From NCBI RefSeq assembly GCF_963921235.1, contig NC_086099.1:26350001-26414000 (forward strand): 64,000 bases of DNA, written 5' to 3'. Of this stretch, positions 25,666-38,186 are shown in pieces (positions within the stretch are counted from its first letter, which is position 1; each line of letters starts with the position of its first letter). The notes beneath the pieces were generated by a model, which searched no databases, was not told where the DNA came from, and saw only the letters and a program-made list of their open reading frames with translations. The stretch comes from Mobula hypostoma. Its lineage: Eukaryota. The translations under genes were made by a program, and so were the position numbers.

Positions 25666-25786
25666 GGGTCTCGGCCTGAAACGTCGACTGCGCCTCTTCC
25701 TATAGATGCTGCTTGGCCTGCTGCGTTCACCAGCAACTTTGATGTATGTTGCTTGAATTTCCAGCATCTGCAGAATTCCTGTTGTT
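25666..25786 (+). mobile_element. Penelope terminal-repeat insert, 5'-truncated inside the hammerhead
   Basis: GGGTCTCGGCCTGAAACGTCGACTG...CCAGCATCTGCAGAATTCCTGTTGTT; TSD TACTATAA (25658-25665 and 25787-25794). Confidence 0.8.
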
Positions 25787-26303
25787 TACTATAATAACCT
25801 TATGGCAACTCTGCAAATTTGTTCCTCCAAATTCCTCGGATTGTTGGTGGTCTGTAATATAGCCCCATTAACGTGGTCATACCTTTCTTATTGCTCAGTC
25901 CCACCCATAACGCCTCACTAGAGGAGTTCTTCTGCGTGTCTTGATGGAGCACTGCCGTGACATTATCCCTGAGAAGTAATCCCTCCCGCTCTAACACGTC
26001 TAAATCAACGGAACCCCGGAATATTGAGCTGCCAATCCTGCCCCTCCTGCAACCAAGTCTCATTAATGGCTACAATATCATAAATCCAGGTGTTGATCCA
26101 TGATCCATGCCCTGGGCTCATCTACCTTCTACCATACTTCCCGCACTTTCTGCAGAGCGCCTTTTCGCATTAAGAATTATATCACCAGGGCGGAATTTAA
26201 AGCCACTGTCACATCGTTCCCACTTTCAACGCCATTCATTCATTGTATTTCACGTACTTAGGACGCGATTAAAGCACAGAATAAACTCACAGGCGCTCTG
26301 TAC

Positions 26304-26480
26304 CTTCAGCTCACTTAATGCTTCAGCCACTGGAACCACGGGATGCTCTCGGTGCGATCCCAGGATCACGCACTTGCTGCAAACTCTCAGCTTCTCCTGC
26401 TTGCAGAAGTACGCTAGCTTCTTGCCATGCTCGGCACACCTCCCCACTCCCGCCGCGGCCGCACCGGCACTCGCCTCCAT
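26304..26480 (-). CDS. RING-less TRIM-family gene, exon 1 (B-box type 2; 59 codons)
   Basis: MEASAG...CAEHGKKLAYFCKQEKLRVCSKCVILGSHREH...LSELK matches the B-box2 C-x2-H-x7-C-x7-C-x2-C-x5-H-x2-H pattern. Ends at AAG|GTACAG, a phase-0 donor. In-frame TGA lies 6 nt upstream of the ATG. Confidence 0.88.
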
Positions 26481-26640
26481 CCTTCACCTCCGTCGACAAC
26501 CGCAAACACTTGCCAAGTTCCCTTTCTTGGCGGGAGAAGTCACCCCCTCGGCGCCTCAATGCGGAAGTGGTCTTCTTCTTAGGAAAGTCCCGCCTTATTA
26601 TTTAATTGACAGCAGAGCCAACCAACCAGAAATCAAATTA
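26481..26640 (-). promoter_or_regulatory. CpG-rich promoter/5' UTR of the TRIM gene with NF-kB site (GGGACTTTCC, 26582-26591) and ETS/GABP site (CGGAAGT, 26562-26568)
   Basis: Exact 10/10 canonical kB motif and an ETS core within about 110 bp of the ATG, in a locally CpG-rich stretch. Confidence 0.6.
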
Positions 26641-28001
26641 TGAGACGCTAGAAAAAAGTTACCGATATCAAGAGATGAAAGCTGTCCGAACTTCCCCCCT
26701 CAATCTACGAGGTATCATTTTTCTGTTCCCAAACGGTAGATTATCTAATCATCTTTCAATACGGCTGCACTGAGTGAATGAGCTTGATTTCTCTCAAATA
26801 TTAAATTAACCACCAGTCAAAATAACCGGGTTGTTCAGTTGGACAGAGGCTGAAATCTGCAGGAAGTGCCGGACGAACTCAGTGGGTCATGTAGTCCTAA
26901 TGAAGGGTCTCGACCCGAAACGTCCACTCTCCTTCTCGGCCCCACCCCCCACTGAATTCGTCCAGCGCTTTGATTTTCTTCAATTACAGTAACGTCGATG
27001 TCTTAAGGCAGCATCTGTATAATCAAAATCAGCTTTAATATCATTGTCTTATACGGCACGCTGTCTTGCAGCAGTAGTACAGTGCAAGGACATAAATTCA
27101 TTATGAATTACAAACTAAATAGCGCAGAAGGGAAAAGAACAACGATGCAGTGCTCAGGGACCTTTCAGAAATCTGAAGACAGAAGCGGGAAAAGAAGCTG
27201 TTCCTGAAATCGTTGAGTGTGAATCTTCAGGCTCTTGTACCCTTCCTGTTATCTGAGCCGATGAGTACATCCGGCACTTCGTTATTTTATTCGGAGTTTT
27301 AGGGCCGGAGAATTAAGAATTTTGAGTTGAGAGTTGTAAAAGAAACGTGAGAAAGCAAACAAATCATTTATATCGCGTGCAAGTGAGCAGGCGGACATCC
27401 AGATACTGTTTAAACTCAACGACTACAATCAAGGCCTCCTAACTATCTGTTAGAATGCTTCAGTTGTCGTTTCTTAAATTAACATTATAGAAGGTATCAT
27501 GTATCCTACAGCTCCGAGGGCTCCGCTGTGTCTCCCTCCTAACCAAATGGTACCGCCGTAAATTATCTTCACTTCAAAAGTTGATGGGCTAAATTGCTTG
27601 GAGACACAAGACTATAGGTGCAAGTGTCTGGAGTACAGTACTGATTTGCTGGGTCAGCTCAATAAGTCAAGCAGCATCTGTGCGAAGAACGAAATTTACG
27701 TTTCGGGTCGGAACTATTTAGGGATCAGAGCTGAAACTGCTCCCCACCCTCGGGCCAATGTTGGTCGCCCCACTGAGCTCCTACAGCAGATTATTTGTTT
27801 AATAAATTGTTGTTTTTAGCATTGATAAGATCAATTTAAGGCGAAGTAATTTTAAATTTTATGGTGACAGGATAAATCCACACTTCCCCATATCTGTTCT
27901 GCAATTTTATTGTATCATCACTGCTTAGCCTCTAATTTAAGCTTTACCTGCCTGCCTTAGTTTCATACCCATTAATAACCTCACCAAATCGTCAGCTATG
28001 T

Positions 28002-28312
28002 GTGGGCACGTGGCCAAGTGGTTAAGGCACTGGACTAGAGATCTGAAGGTTCTGCGTTCGGGGCCCAGGCGAAGGCCTATGTTGTGTCCTTGAGCAAGGC
28101 ACTTAACCACAGAGTGCTCTGCGATGACACTGGTATCAAGGTGTATCGGCCCTTGCCCTTCCCTTGGACAACATCGGTGTCGTGGAGAGGGGAGACTTGC
28201 AGCATGGGCAACTGCTGGTCTTCCATACAACCTTGCCCAGGCCTGCGCCCTGGAGAGTGAAGACGTTCCAGGCACAGATCCATGATCTCGTAAGACTAAT
28301 GGATGCCTTTAT
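28002..28312 (+). mobile_element. tRNA-derived SINE with CORE-like box
   Basis: A box TGGCCAAGTGG, B-box-like GTTCG, GTGTCCTTGAGCAAGGCACTTAACC core, short TTTA tail. Confidence 0.7.
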
Positions 28313-28813
28313 TATTTAAACAGTCAGCTATCAACCTCAATTTTCACAATTTCAAACTGACTTACTTTGGGCCAAGGTTCAAAGTAAATTTTATTATCAA
28401 AGTACAAGTCATCATACCCACCCATGAGATTCATTTTCTTGTGGCCATAGTCAATCTATAGGCTAGTAACTATAACAGAATAAATGAAAGACCACCCAAC
28501 TAGGACATTCAACTAGAGTGTAAAAGACAACAAAGTGTGCAAATGTGAATATAAATAAATAACAATAAATAAAGAGAACAAGAGATGAGTACCTGAAAGT
28601 TAGTCCATTGGTGTGGGAACATTTCAATGAAATGGGTTGAGTCTATGTAGTAAATCCTTCTAACCATTAGGTCTCCCAGCTAATTATCTACTGTGGCATT
28701 GTCAAGTATGGAAGACGGTAGCAATTGATCAGCAGCTTTAAGTTGTTGCATGCTAACTAAAATGAAAGCAGTACTGAACCAGGTAAGCACCAGGTCAGTG
28801 GTTCAATCAAGAC

Positions 28814-31800
28814 TTTATTCTACAACCATTGCTTCAGCTAAGACAAAAACAACCATTAAAGAAAAGGAATGAATTACTTGAAGCAGATCTTTTTTTATTT
28901 TTATGTTCATTCCCACAAAATGCACAAATTGTTTAATTTTGCAAGACAAATGGTTTACAGTTTACTAATCTGTGACAGTTTCAAATAGACTAGGATATAA
29001 ATTAATATATGTATTTCATAAGGCCCTTGGTGATATTTCCATAAATCATTGACAAAACATTTTTTCAGCACAGTTAATTTTCTTTTACAGAGCACATCAT
29101 TAAAGCTTCAAACCACAGCATTTTGGGTTCATTAAAGCACAAAATTCAATTAACACAAATTAAAGAATGTTACTCTTGTACCATGTAAACTTTTCATTTT
29201 TGCACTCTTTACAAACATTTCCACATGGGAAATGTAAAAACATAATATTATTGGGCTCTGGATTAACTTTAGGAATGACAACTTATTAGTTGCAAACTCA
29301 TTCAAAACAAATTGTATAACTTCATGGTACTTAATTCCTTCATGCCATTATAAAAAGCAGAATAATTTAACTTTGAAAAGTATATCTTTTAAAAATCTAA
29401 ATGGAATGCTAAATGGAAGATCAATGTAGAATTCCTGAAGGTCCAATTCATTATAATCTGACATCTATGCCTTTTAAATTCTGCAGTAAAGTGCTAGTCT
29501 GTTACAGTCTCCAAGTTCAAATGCACAATATTAAACTGTATTTGAAGATACTCAGCCACAGAAACCTCAAGATGCAAACCAAGGCAAATTTACAGCTGCA
29601 GTACACAAAATGTTCCAAAATAATACTTTTCATGAATAAATCATTTTGTAGCTATTGCTGGTAGAATTATCACCATGATTCTCACTCAAATAAATAATTA
29701 GGTTGTTTTAGAACTTCCATTGGTTTCCATCTTCATGATTTAGTTATTCTGTACAATTTAACCGTAGCTTGTAGTTAAGAATGCAAAATTCTGCATACAA
29801 ATTTTAAAATTCACCAATGCCTAGGGGACAAGGAAAAAAAATAGTAATTTAATGTTTTTTCCAAAATTATATTGATTCTGTAAAGGGCTATTTAGAAAAA
29901 GATGAAAATTAGTACTAGCCTGTTGACCTTCCCAGTTTTTTTTTTATAAATTTGATTTTGTTTTTGTCAGATTCAAAGGCCTTTACTTATTGGACCTTAA
30001 AGAGCCATTATCCCACCATGATCTATGAAACTACGATCCTGAAAAATGGGTGTAATCCAACATATGGAGATTTCACTGAAATGACTTAATTATGACTGGC
30101 AGTAGAATAAAAATATTTTGTTTGAATTTAATTTGTCCTCTAATATTTAATGAAGAACAATAAAAAAACTTTGCTGTAATGAAGATACCAAGAAAAAAAA
30201 CATACCTTCTCCCATTACCTGCATCAACAAACAAGACCAAAGCAAAATCCTGCATCACTTGATTATATTTACCAGCTTTTGAACTAGGGCTCACGGGGAG
30301 AGAAAAGAGTAAAGTTGGTATCAAAGTCAATATCACATCAGCCACCATATTCTAAAACAGAAAAGGCTCAAGAAGCCCATCACTACCAGCTTAAAGTAAT
30401 CACTTATTTGAAGTTACATATTTAACATTGAAATTCCTCAATTTAAACACCTCTAATGCACCACTCAAAGTTTTCCATGGTCTTGGGAGCATCACTTTAG
30501 TTCAGACTATAAAGTTTGACTGTCTGTAGTAACAACAGTGTCAGTCAGTTAACAGCTGATCATTTAATTCAGTGAGTTAGTTACTAGCAGGAAATATGTT
30601 TTTGTTTTAACTCCATATCAATGACAGTGGACAAGAAAACTTGCCTCCTCTTTTCTCAACCTCATCTGTCTGACTGTAACATACCAAACTGGCATTCTTT
30701 CATCAAACAGGGCCAGGGGAGCTGTGATGATTTCGCCAATGACCAAATTTGCCAGGAACAGATTAAGGACCAGAGGCAAAGAGATTTAACAACAATTTAA
30801 AATCCATTCCCAGCTTCCTTCTATCCCTCATCCTTTTCTTTCTGCAACTATTTATCAATCCCAACTCTCACCACTTCCCCAAATGCTGGGAATAGTTGTA
30901 GATTTAACTGCTAGTCACCTCTAGACCAAACTCCTACTAATGAGCCAATGATTCCCAACTGGCTCAGGGTAAAATCAGAATCGGTGTCTAAACAGAGTAA
31001 AGCAAAGGACGTCCATACATGCAACTAGGAGTAAAGTTGTATGTGGTAAATAAAATTGTCGGATACTCCTTTCAAAATTCAGTTCCACTGGCTTCAATAC
31101 AGTCATTGGAGCTGCAGTAGCAGTATGCAATACTGAACATTTGAGCATACAGGGGAAGCTTCCACAACAGTATCTCAGAATGAGTTTGTTGCTTGATCAG
31201 ACACTGATGCATGCACCAATCCTGCCCAACTTCAAAATGGAACCTCAGTGTCAACGAAGCAGCTGAAATCAGCATTATTGCGGAACAGAAATGAGAAGAA
31301 ATATAAAACTGAACCATGTGCCTATTGGAACAGAGACAATTTAATATCGGGATAATACTTCTAAGGACTAGTAACGATAAGCAGAAACCTTTGAGCCCGA
31401 CCAAAACAGATTTAACAAAAACCTGGGGAGGTCAAGAGCTTAATAATAACTTCCTTATATTTCTGAGAATAGCTTTTGATTTCAGTAAAAGGTAGTCACA
31501 TTATTTTTACAGTTAATTTGTACAGTTTGTCACTTTGCTAACCAGATGTAGATGATGTGTGCGCGCGCGCACACCTCCAAAGCTGAGACATCCAACTTAA
31601 AACAAAATCTACAATCTTATAGACTTATTTTCTACTTCCACAAACAAAATTATATTATTCTTTTCACTGACCCTAAACCAGAAGTAACACATCTTAGACA
31701 GAAGCTTTGCAGATTTCCATAAAGGTGAATTTAAACACACAAATCACTTAATACAACTTATTGCTCTTTTTGATAAAAGTTTTTCCCATCCACCTATTGA

Positions 31801-34069
31801 ACCAAAGCAAATTTATTAGTTGGTTACAATAACACAAAAAAAATAAAAACAACTGGCTATGCTTAACTAGCTTTTAAAGGTGCTTCTAGATTCATTCTAA
31901 TATGTTGAATCTACACCAGCAAAAAAGAGGACTTTGTCTCAAAATACATTCACATTCCAAATCTTGACAGGAGCTCACTTAAAATATAGTTAGCTTTAAT
32001 TTTCATAGATATATTGTACTGCAAGAAAGTGTTTTTCTTAAAAGAGTACAGTGCATTTTGTATATGTTGGTGGTCTCTTTTAATGAATAAAAAAACATGC
32101 AAAACAAAAAGGAAATGTAAAATGTAGTATTTATTCAGTGAGAAGGACGTCCCCTGCAAGACACACTCCCTTTATTTAAAAAAAAGCATGAAGTAAAGGA
32201 CACATTTGGGAAATCTGATTCTTCATTATGCTTTTCTCAGTGAATCCTTTCAAATACAACCAATGGTTGTGTAGTAAATCAAACAGATCTATAATCATGG
32301 AGGCAATCTTTAAAAAGGATTTTATTCCAAGATTTTAAATCTAGTTGTTCAAAAAAAAAAAGGCTTTCCAACTCCCCAATCTCCTCAAATCAAGTCAAAA
32401 ACCAAGTCAAATTTATGGTAGTTGTATGAAGTTCATAACTAATCCTTAAAAACTGCGAAACAATGGGCAGCTCCACAGGATGGTTTTTCAACTTTATGCA
32501 AGGAATACATGTGACATGGCACATCTAACGTTGCTTTAAGTTGCACTATTGGACCACCAGAGATGAAAATATGATCATTCCAGATTTTCCACAGGTCAAG
32601 TGTAAAAATAATTACTATTGTTCTTGATAGTACTAATAGATATCCTCCATTGAAGATAAATTAACAGATGTAAATCCTCTACACAAGGAGCAATATTTCC
32701 ACCCTTTTACTGCTGGCAGAAAAGAATTCACAAAGTAAATTAGAAGTAAATTTTAAAATCAAATGAAATACAATCATTAGCACCATGACCAAAGCTGGAC
32801 CTTTCCTGTAAATGAAAATCCAAACTGCAGATGCTGGAAATTTCAAATTCAAAGAAAATGCTGGAAATACCCAACATGAAGCTGTGGAAGGAGACTTAGT
32901 TTCAGGTCAGAGGCTCTTTGTAGGAACTGTCATGATGAAGGCTCTGATTTGAAATGTTCCACATATTCTTTCTCGTTTTTCGTTCCACATATAATTTTTG
33001 ATTTGCTGATTACTTCCAGCATTTTCTGTTTTTATTTAATGTTCACATGATTTTTACGTTCTTTTTTTAAACCAGCATTCAGTGAGAAATACAATTCTTC
33101 CTCTCTGATGCAAACATAGCTAAGCAAGTGGCTGGGCTGTCTAGAACCAGTAGCAGCAGCAAACGCAGGGATGATGTGCTTAAGAGCCCCATTCTCATGA
33201 CATTTGCTGACCAAAATGGTCAGTTGACTTGAACCAGCAATTCAGCCAGAAACATCAACCAGTGCAGCAGCCTTCCTTGAGACTTGAGGAGATGATAGAG
33301 GTAGTTACCCAGTGAACATTAGATTACTAATCTGGGATGTCACTGGCTGCCAATAGAAAGTGAATAAGAAAAATGCCCATTTGCACAATTCCCAAAATTC
33401 AAAAAAAAGTCTTCCAAGTTGCCTGCAGTCAAATTACACTTGACTTTTAGTAATTATATATTCAAAGAGATTCTCATTATACATTACATCACACCACTTT
33501 GATGTACAAATGCATCAAAAATTGGACTTTCAGGATTAGGAATAATGATGAACACAATGAAGTTGTACAAGGTCCATTTGTTATAAGCACACCAATTTTA
33601 ACTAATTAGGCTGCATTACCAGTCTGGTCATACCTGATTCAAAAATTGGATTCACAGAAGTAAGAAGGTGGTCTTCAACCAACAGGTTCAGATCAAAGCA
33701 ATATCACACTAAAACATGGTAATTTGAAGAGGTACAATAATCATGTTCAAAATCCTGATTTCTCAATTTACCTTCCAAGATGATTCCAATAGATTTAATC
33801 AATGATTAATGTTTAAATTGGTTGTGCCCAACAAGAAAGATTACGCAAAAACTCAAATGTGAAGTTCTGTTTTTGTTTTTTTCAACAGTACTTGAAGTGA
33901 TAATCTTCAGTAAAGGAAAAAGTTGGTATTTTCAAAACTTGCATTATACAAATATAAAGTTTTCAGGACTGTTGGCATGGATACAACTTTCAACTCCATT
34001 AAGTAATGTAAACTGACATCAAACAGACACTTGTAATATTTAAAATTGCAAATAAGTCTTCACTGAGCT
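28814..34069 (-). other. SIGMAR1: Putative long (~5.2 kb) SIGMAR1 3' UTR with several AATAAA signals (e.g. 33031-33036, 28894-28899, 28814-28819)
   Basis: AT-rich and almost free of repeats, unlike all flanking intronic and intergenic DNA. It ends at clustered minus-strand AATAAA just before repeats resume. Confidence 0.5.
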
Positions 34070-34299
34070 TCAAAAGAAGCCAGCTCCAGTGAGGTACGTA
34101 TTGGCTTCCAGAATGAGTGCTTTTACGTAGACTGATAATGTATAATAGAGAGTAACAAAATCCAGTGTGCTGAAGATTGTATCTGATAGTGCAAACCCTA
34201 ACATAGATGGAATAAAGCCTCGGCCATATTCTACCATCCAAGTCCCCGAACTCCAGCGGACAGCCGTGGCTTCGCCAACAGAATGGACTATCGTGTCAC
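34070..34299 (-). CDS. SIGMAR1: SIGMAR1 exon 4 coding part; full CDS 663 nt = 220 aa
   Basis: cccacag|GT GAC ACG ATA encodes [75 protein letters not shown]. The ligand-binding Glu in WMVEYGRG is retained. Confidence 0.96.
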
Positions 34300-35742
34300 C
34301 TGTGGGAACAGATTATACTTCATGAGTTCTTTTTTTAAAAAAAAACCTAAACTAGTCTTAAAACCAAGCACTCAAAACAATTGGAATTCAGATGATCCTC
34401 CATTCGAAATAAAGAATTAGTAAACCTTTACAACAGTTAGTTGCTGCTGAGACTCCAGATTATCCATAACACATGAACAAATAAAAGGTATACATTGACT
34501 TCTGGCTTTGACAACTTAGATTTTCTGCCTTCTCCAATTGTCCTGAGAAGGTGGCACTGGCTACTTTTTTGTATGTACAGGATGGCATCTGCACAAGCAG
34601 GTGAACAACTGGAATCACATGCAAGCCAAGTTCATTGTGTAAAGAGGACAGGTCTTTTAATAACAACAGCTTCTAGGTTGTTCATTTCAAATAGAGTTTT
34701 ATAATTAGAATAAAAGTTTTCATGCTGAAATCTAACCTCATCCACTTGATTATTAGTGCCTGGTATAAATAGGTTGTCCTGTCTGGAATTAATTGTTTCA
34801 GCTTTTTGCTATAAATGAGTTATAATTTAATAGATGGACACTGAAATCTTGGAAGTGGCCAAGCAGTGAATAACTCGCATCAAACTTAAAACAGATAGCT
34901 CTACCTTGGCTGGCAGTACATAATGAGGATGATAAATGGCTTACTTATCCTGTAGAAGTCTGCGGGATCTTATCAACAATCCTGCAGACTTCAAGAAAAA
35001 TCTTATCATTTCATTCTAATTCAGTTAAAACATTAGTTTCTTGTGAATTACTCCACCAGCATATTGACATATAGTCTCATGAACTCAGTCATAGGGTATG
35101 AGGTATCAATATATCAGCTCTGCTTTGAGGAGACAGCTTGTTGGTAAGTGATTACCTCTGTTGTACAGTGCTGAGTGAAAAAAAGTTTGTGAAAAACTTC
35201 AGATTTACTTAATGAATACAAAATTATATTTGCTATTACCAGCATATGTTGTGAAGTTTGTTAACTTAGCAGCAGTACAATGCAATAAGTAAATTACAGT
35301 AAGCATATCTATATTGAATAAACTAAAAATAGTGCAAAAACAGAAATAATAAAAAAGTGAGAGTGTTCATGGGTTCAATGTCCATTTCGAAATCATTTGG
35401 AGAGAAGAAGCTATTCCTGAACTTCTGAGTGTGTGCCTTCAGGTTTCTGTACCTCCTTCCCAACGGTAAAAATGAGAAGAGGGCATGTCCTGGGTGATGG
35501 GGGGGGTGGCTTTAATAATGACAATGGACATTGCCTTTTTGAGGCACTGCTCCTTGAAAATGTCTTGGATACTACAAAGGATAGTACCCACTATGGAGCT
35601 GACAAATTTTACAACTTTCTGTAGCTTCTTTCAGTCCTGTGTACTATCATCACCACCTCCCCCCCGGCAACCCCATACCACATGGTGATACAGCTTGTCA
35701 GTGTTCTCCACGGTACATCTGTAGAAGTTTGAGTGTTTTAGG

Positions 35743-36352
35743 CAGACATCCCACCCTGCAAAAACTCATTTCAGGGAGGCAGCACCATCAATTTGCGGGA
35801 GACTTCCGGGAGAGGTGGGATGTCTGCAATAGAGTAGCTCCTTAGCAGCCAGCCAGCTAGCTTAAATAACATTAGCTATGCTAATGAACGAATGACACCT
35901 GTTAAACTCACCTCAACATGTCTTTTATAGTCTTAACCCACCATGGGCAATAGAAAAGTCACCGTTGCAAACAATGCAGCGAGCAACACTGTCATTATTT
36001 TTGACTCCTATTAGGCAGGGGTACACTTTAGTGTAGTCTGGGGTGACGTACTGTACGTTTCATATTTTCTTTTTTTTTTGGAACACTCTGCCATGGGACG
36101 CTCTTGCTCTCTCTCGTGGTCGCTCACCTGCTCTCGCTTGCTTTCTCTCTCGCCTGCCCCCCCCCGTGCTTTCACCTGCCCTCTCCCCCTCTCGCGCTTT
36201 CGCCTGCTCTCTCCCCCTCTCGCGCTCTCACTTGCTCTCTCTCGCTCTCAAAAAATTGATTTCCATGATATTGTATATAATTTGCAGGCATCAGGGAGCC
36301 ACTATTAATATGCGGGAGACTCCAGGATCTTCCGGGAGAGGTGGGATGTCTG
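35743..36352. mobile_element. Non-autonomous hAT-like element with 13-bp TIRs
   Basis: CAGACATCCCACC ... GGTGGGATGTCTG; TTTAGG on both flanks; internal CT-rich microsatellite. Confidence 0.7.
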
Positions 36353-36619
36353 TTTAGGTGACAATCCAAATCTCTTCAAGCTCCTAATGAAATATAGCCG
36401 CTGCTTTGCCTTCTTTATAGCTGCCTCAATATGTTGGGACCAGCCAGATACTCCCCCCACCCCAATTCTTCATGGCTTATAGGATTGTGGATGTTGTACC
36501 ATTATGGGACAGTGTAATTCAAGTACTCATCAACCATGATTAGGTTAATGAGGTAATGGAATACACTGCTGAAGACAGTAGTGGAAGCAGAGTTGCTGAT
36601 AGCTTTTAAGCGTCTAGAC

Positions 36620-36699
36620 CAGGGGTTTCCAACCCTTTTTTATGCCATGGACCCCAACCATTAACCAAAGGTCCATGGATCCCAGGTTGAGAACCCATG
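36620..36699. mobile_element. 80-bp hAT-Charlie MITE (second copy ~50831-50916)
   Basis: CAGGGGTTTCCAACC...GGTTGAGAACCCATG; TSD GTCTAGAC/GTCTGGAC. Confidence 0.75.
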
Positions 36700-37513
36700 G
36701 TCTGGACCAATACTGGATTTGGGTAGAAAGAGAATGCTATGAGCCAAGTGCTAGAAGATGGGAAGATGAGATTAACATGTACTGGGGGGGTGGGGTGGGA
36801 GGAGGAACCAACCATTTGATGGAAGAACTTAAGCAACACCTGTGGGAGGAAAGGAATTCTTGACCACCTGGGTTGAAATCTACATCAGGACTGAGAGTGG
36901 AGAGGCATGATGGTCAGTATGGGAGAAAAGGAGTGGTAAGAAAGGACTCCAAGGTGGATGATGGAAATGAGGAGGGGTGCAAGATGGCAGGCAGGTAGCA
37001 CCATGTAAGTAGGTGAGTAGGAGTTGTGTTTGACTACTAACTGGGCAGCTTTTTGCAATGTGCAGAACCATACACAAAATGACCCACTTCTGTAACATAC
37101 AATTCTCGATCAATTAAAATGAATACGACACTGATCAGTAGGCTTTTAAAATCACAATATCAGATCTTCTGATTAGCACTCCCATTCCTTGAACACCCAC
37201 CCTCCTCCTCATCAGTCCCTGGAGACCAGTCACCCCTATAGTTTTCTGTTTTAATTTATCACAATCGAAAATAATTACAGAATAGCAACGCTTAAATGAT
37301 AGTCTACAATTCTGTCTGTCTTGACCTGAACTCAACTACATTAAGTTGAGGTTCAGCTGTTATCTCAGCAGGGAGCCAACAATGGTGATAGAGCACAGGT
37401 AGAAACCTGTAGGAATATGTTCAGGCTAGTAAATAAAACAATGCACATACAGAGACTAAAAAGGTGGGATTCTGCATTTATCAATATCTACAAAAACAAA
37501 GTATAGAAACTAA

Positions 37514-38186
37514 AGCAACATACATCAAAGTTGCTGGTGAACGCAGCAGGTCAAGCAGCATCTGTAGGAAGAGGTGCAGTCGACGTTTCAGGCCGAGACC
37601 CTTCGTCAGGACTAACTGAAGGAAGAGTGAGTAAGGGATTTGAAAGTTGGAGGGGGAGGGGGAGATCCAAAATGATAGGAGAAGACAGGAGGGGGAGGGA
37701 TAGAGCCAAGAGCTGGACAGGTGATAGGCAAAAGGGGATACGAGAGGATCATGGGACAGGAGGTCCGGGAAGAAAGACAAGGGGTGGGGGTGACCCAGAG
37801 GATGGGCAAGAGGTATATTCAGAGGGACAGAGGGAGAAAAAGGAGAGTGAGAGAAAGAATGTGTGCATAAAAATGAGTAACAGATGGGGTACGAGGGGGA
37901 GGTGGGGCCTTAGCGGAAGTTAGAGAAGTCGATGTTCATGCCATCAGGTTGGAGGCTACCCAGACGGAATGTTGTTCCTCCAACCTGAGTGTGGCTTCAT
38001 CTTTACTGTAGAGGAGGCCGTGGATAGACATGTCAGAATGGGAATGGGATGTGGAATTAAAATGTGTGGCCACTGGGAGATCCTGCTTTCTCTGGCGGAC
38101 AGAGCGTAGGTGTTCAGCAAAGCGGTCTCCCAGTCTGCGTCGGGTCTCGCCAATATATGAAAGGCCACATCAGGAGCACCGGACGC
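37514..38186 (-). mobile_element. 5'-truncated Penelope-like element (GIY-YIG endonuclease C-terminal part + terminal repeat)
   Basis: Minus strand reads YCVRCS*CGLSYIGETRRRLGDRFAEHLRSV...PVATHFNSTSHSHSDMSIHGLL (PLE GIY-YIG). Flanked by the 14-bp direct repeat AGTATAGAAACTAA (37500-37513 and 38187-38200). Confidence 0.88.
37577..37614 (-). ncRNA. Minimal type I hammerhead ribozyme motif (intact core, loop-less palindromic stem III)
   Basis: UAGUC-CUGACGA-AGGGU CUCG GCCU-GAAAC-GUC^GACUG: stem I UAGUC/GACUG, conserved CUGANGA and GAAA boxes, stem II hairpin, GUC cleavage triplet. Located in the PLE terminal repeat. Confidence 0.75.

Larger units (their letters stand above)
22945..26140 (-). 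mobile_element. Decayed CR1 LINE ORF2 (endonuclease + RT) carrying three Penelope-derived inserts
   Basis: MGLYYRPP, YIDWDSH...FLNQYV-like, KENPKGFYRYV, KWQMEFNADKCEVLHF, FFTQRVVRVWNELP. Boundaries approximate. Confidence 0.85.

Noticed and set aside
26107-26643. 178-aa + strand ORF
   Set aside because: Antisense shadow of TRIM exon 1 and promoter; no homology evident.
26890-26930. Hammerhead-like motif near the TRIM promoter
   Set aside because: Core is CTAATGA (G5 to A, a known inactivating change) and stem I is mismatched. Counted as a dead family copy.
28002-28075. Possible tRNA gene
   Set aside because: Degenerate B box, and it continues into a CORE-like SINE body; it is a SINE head.
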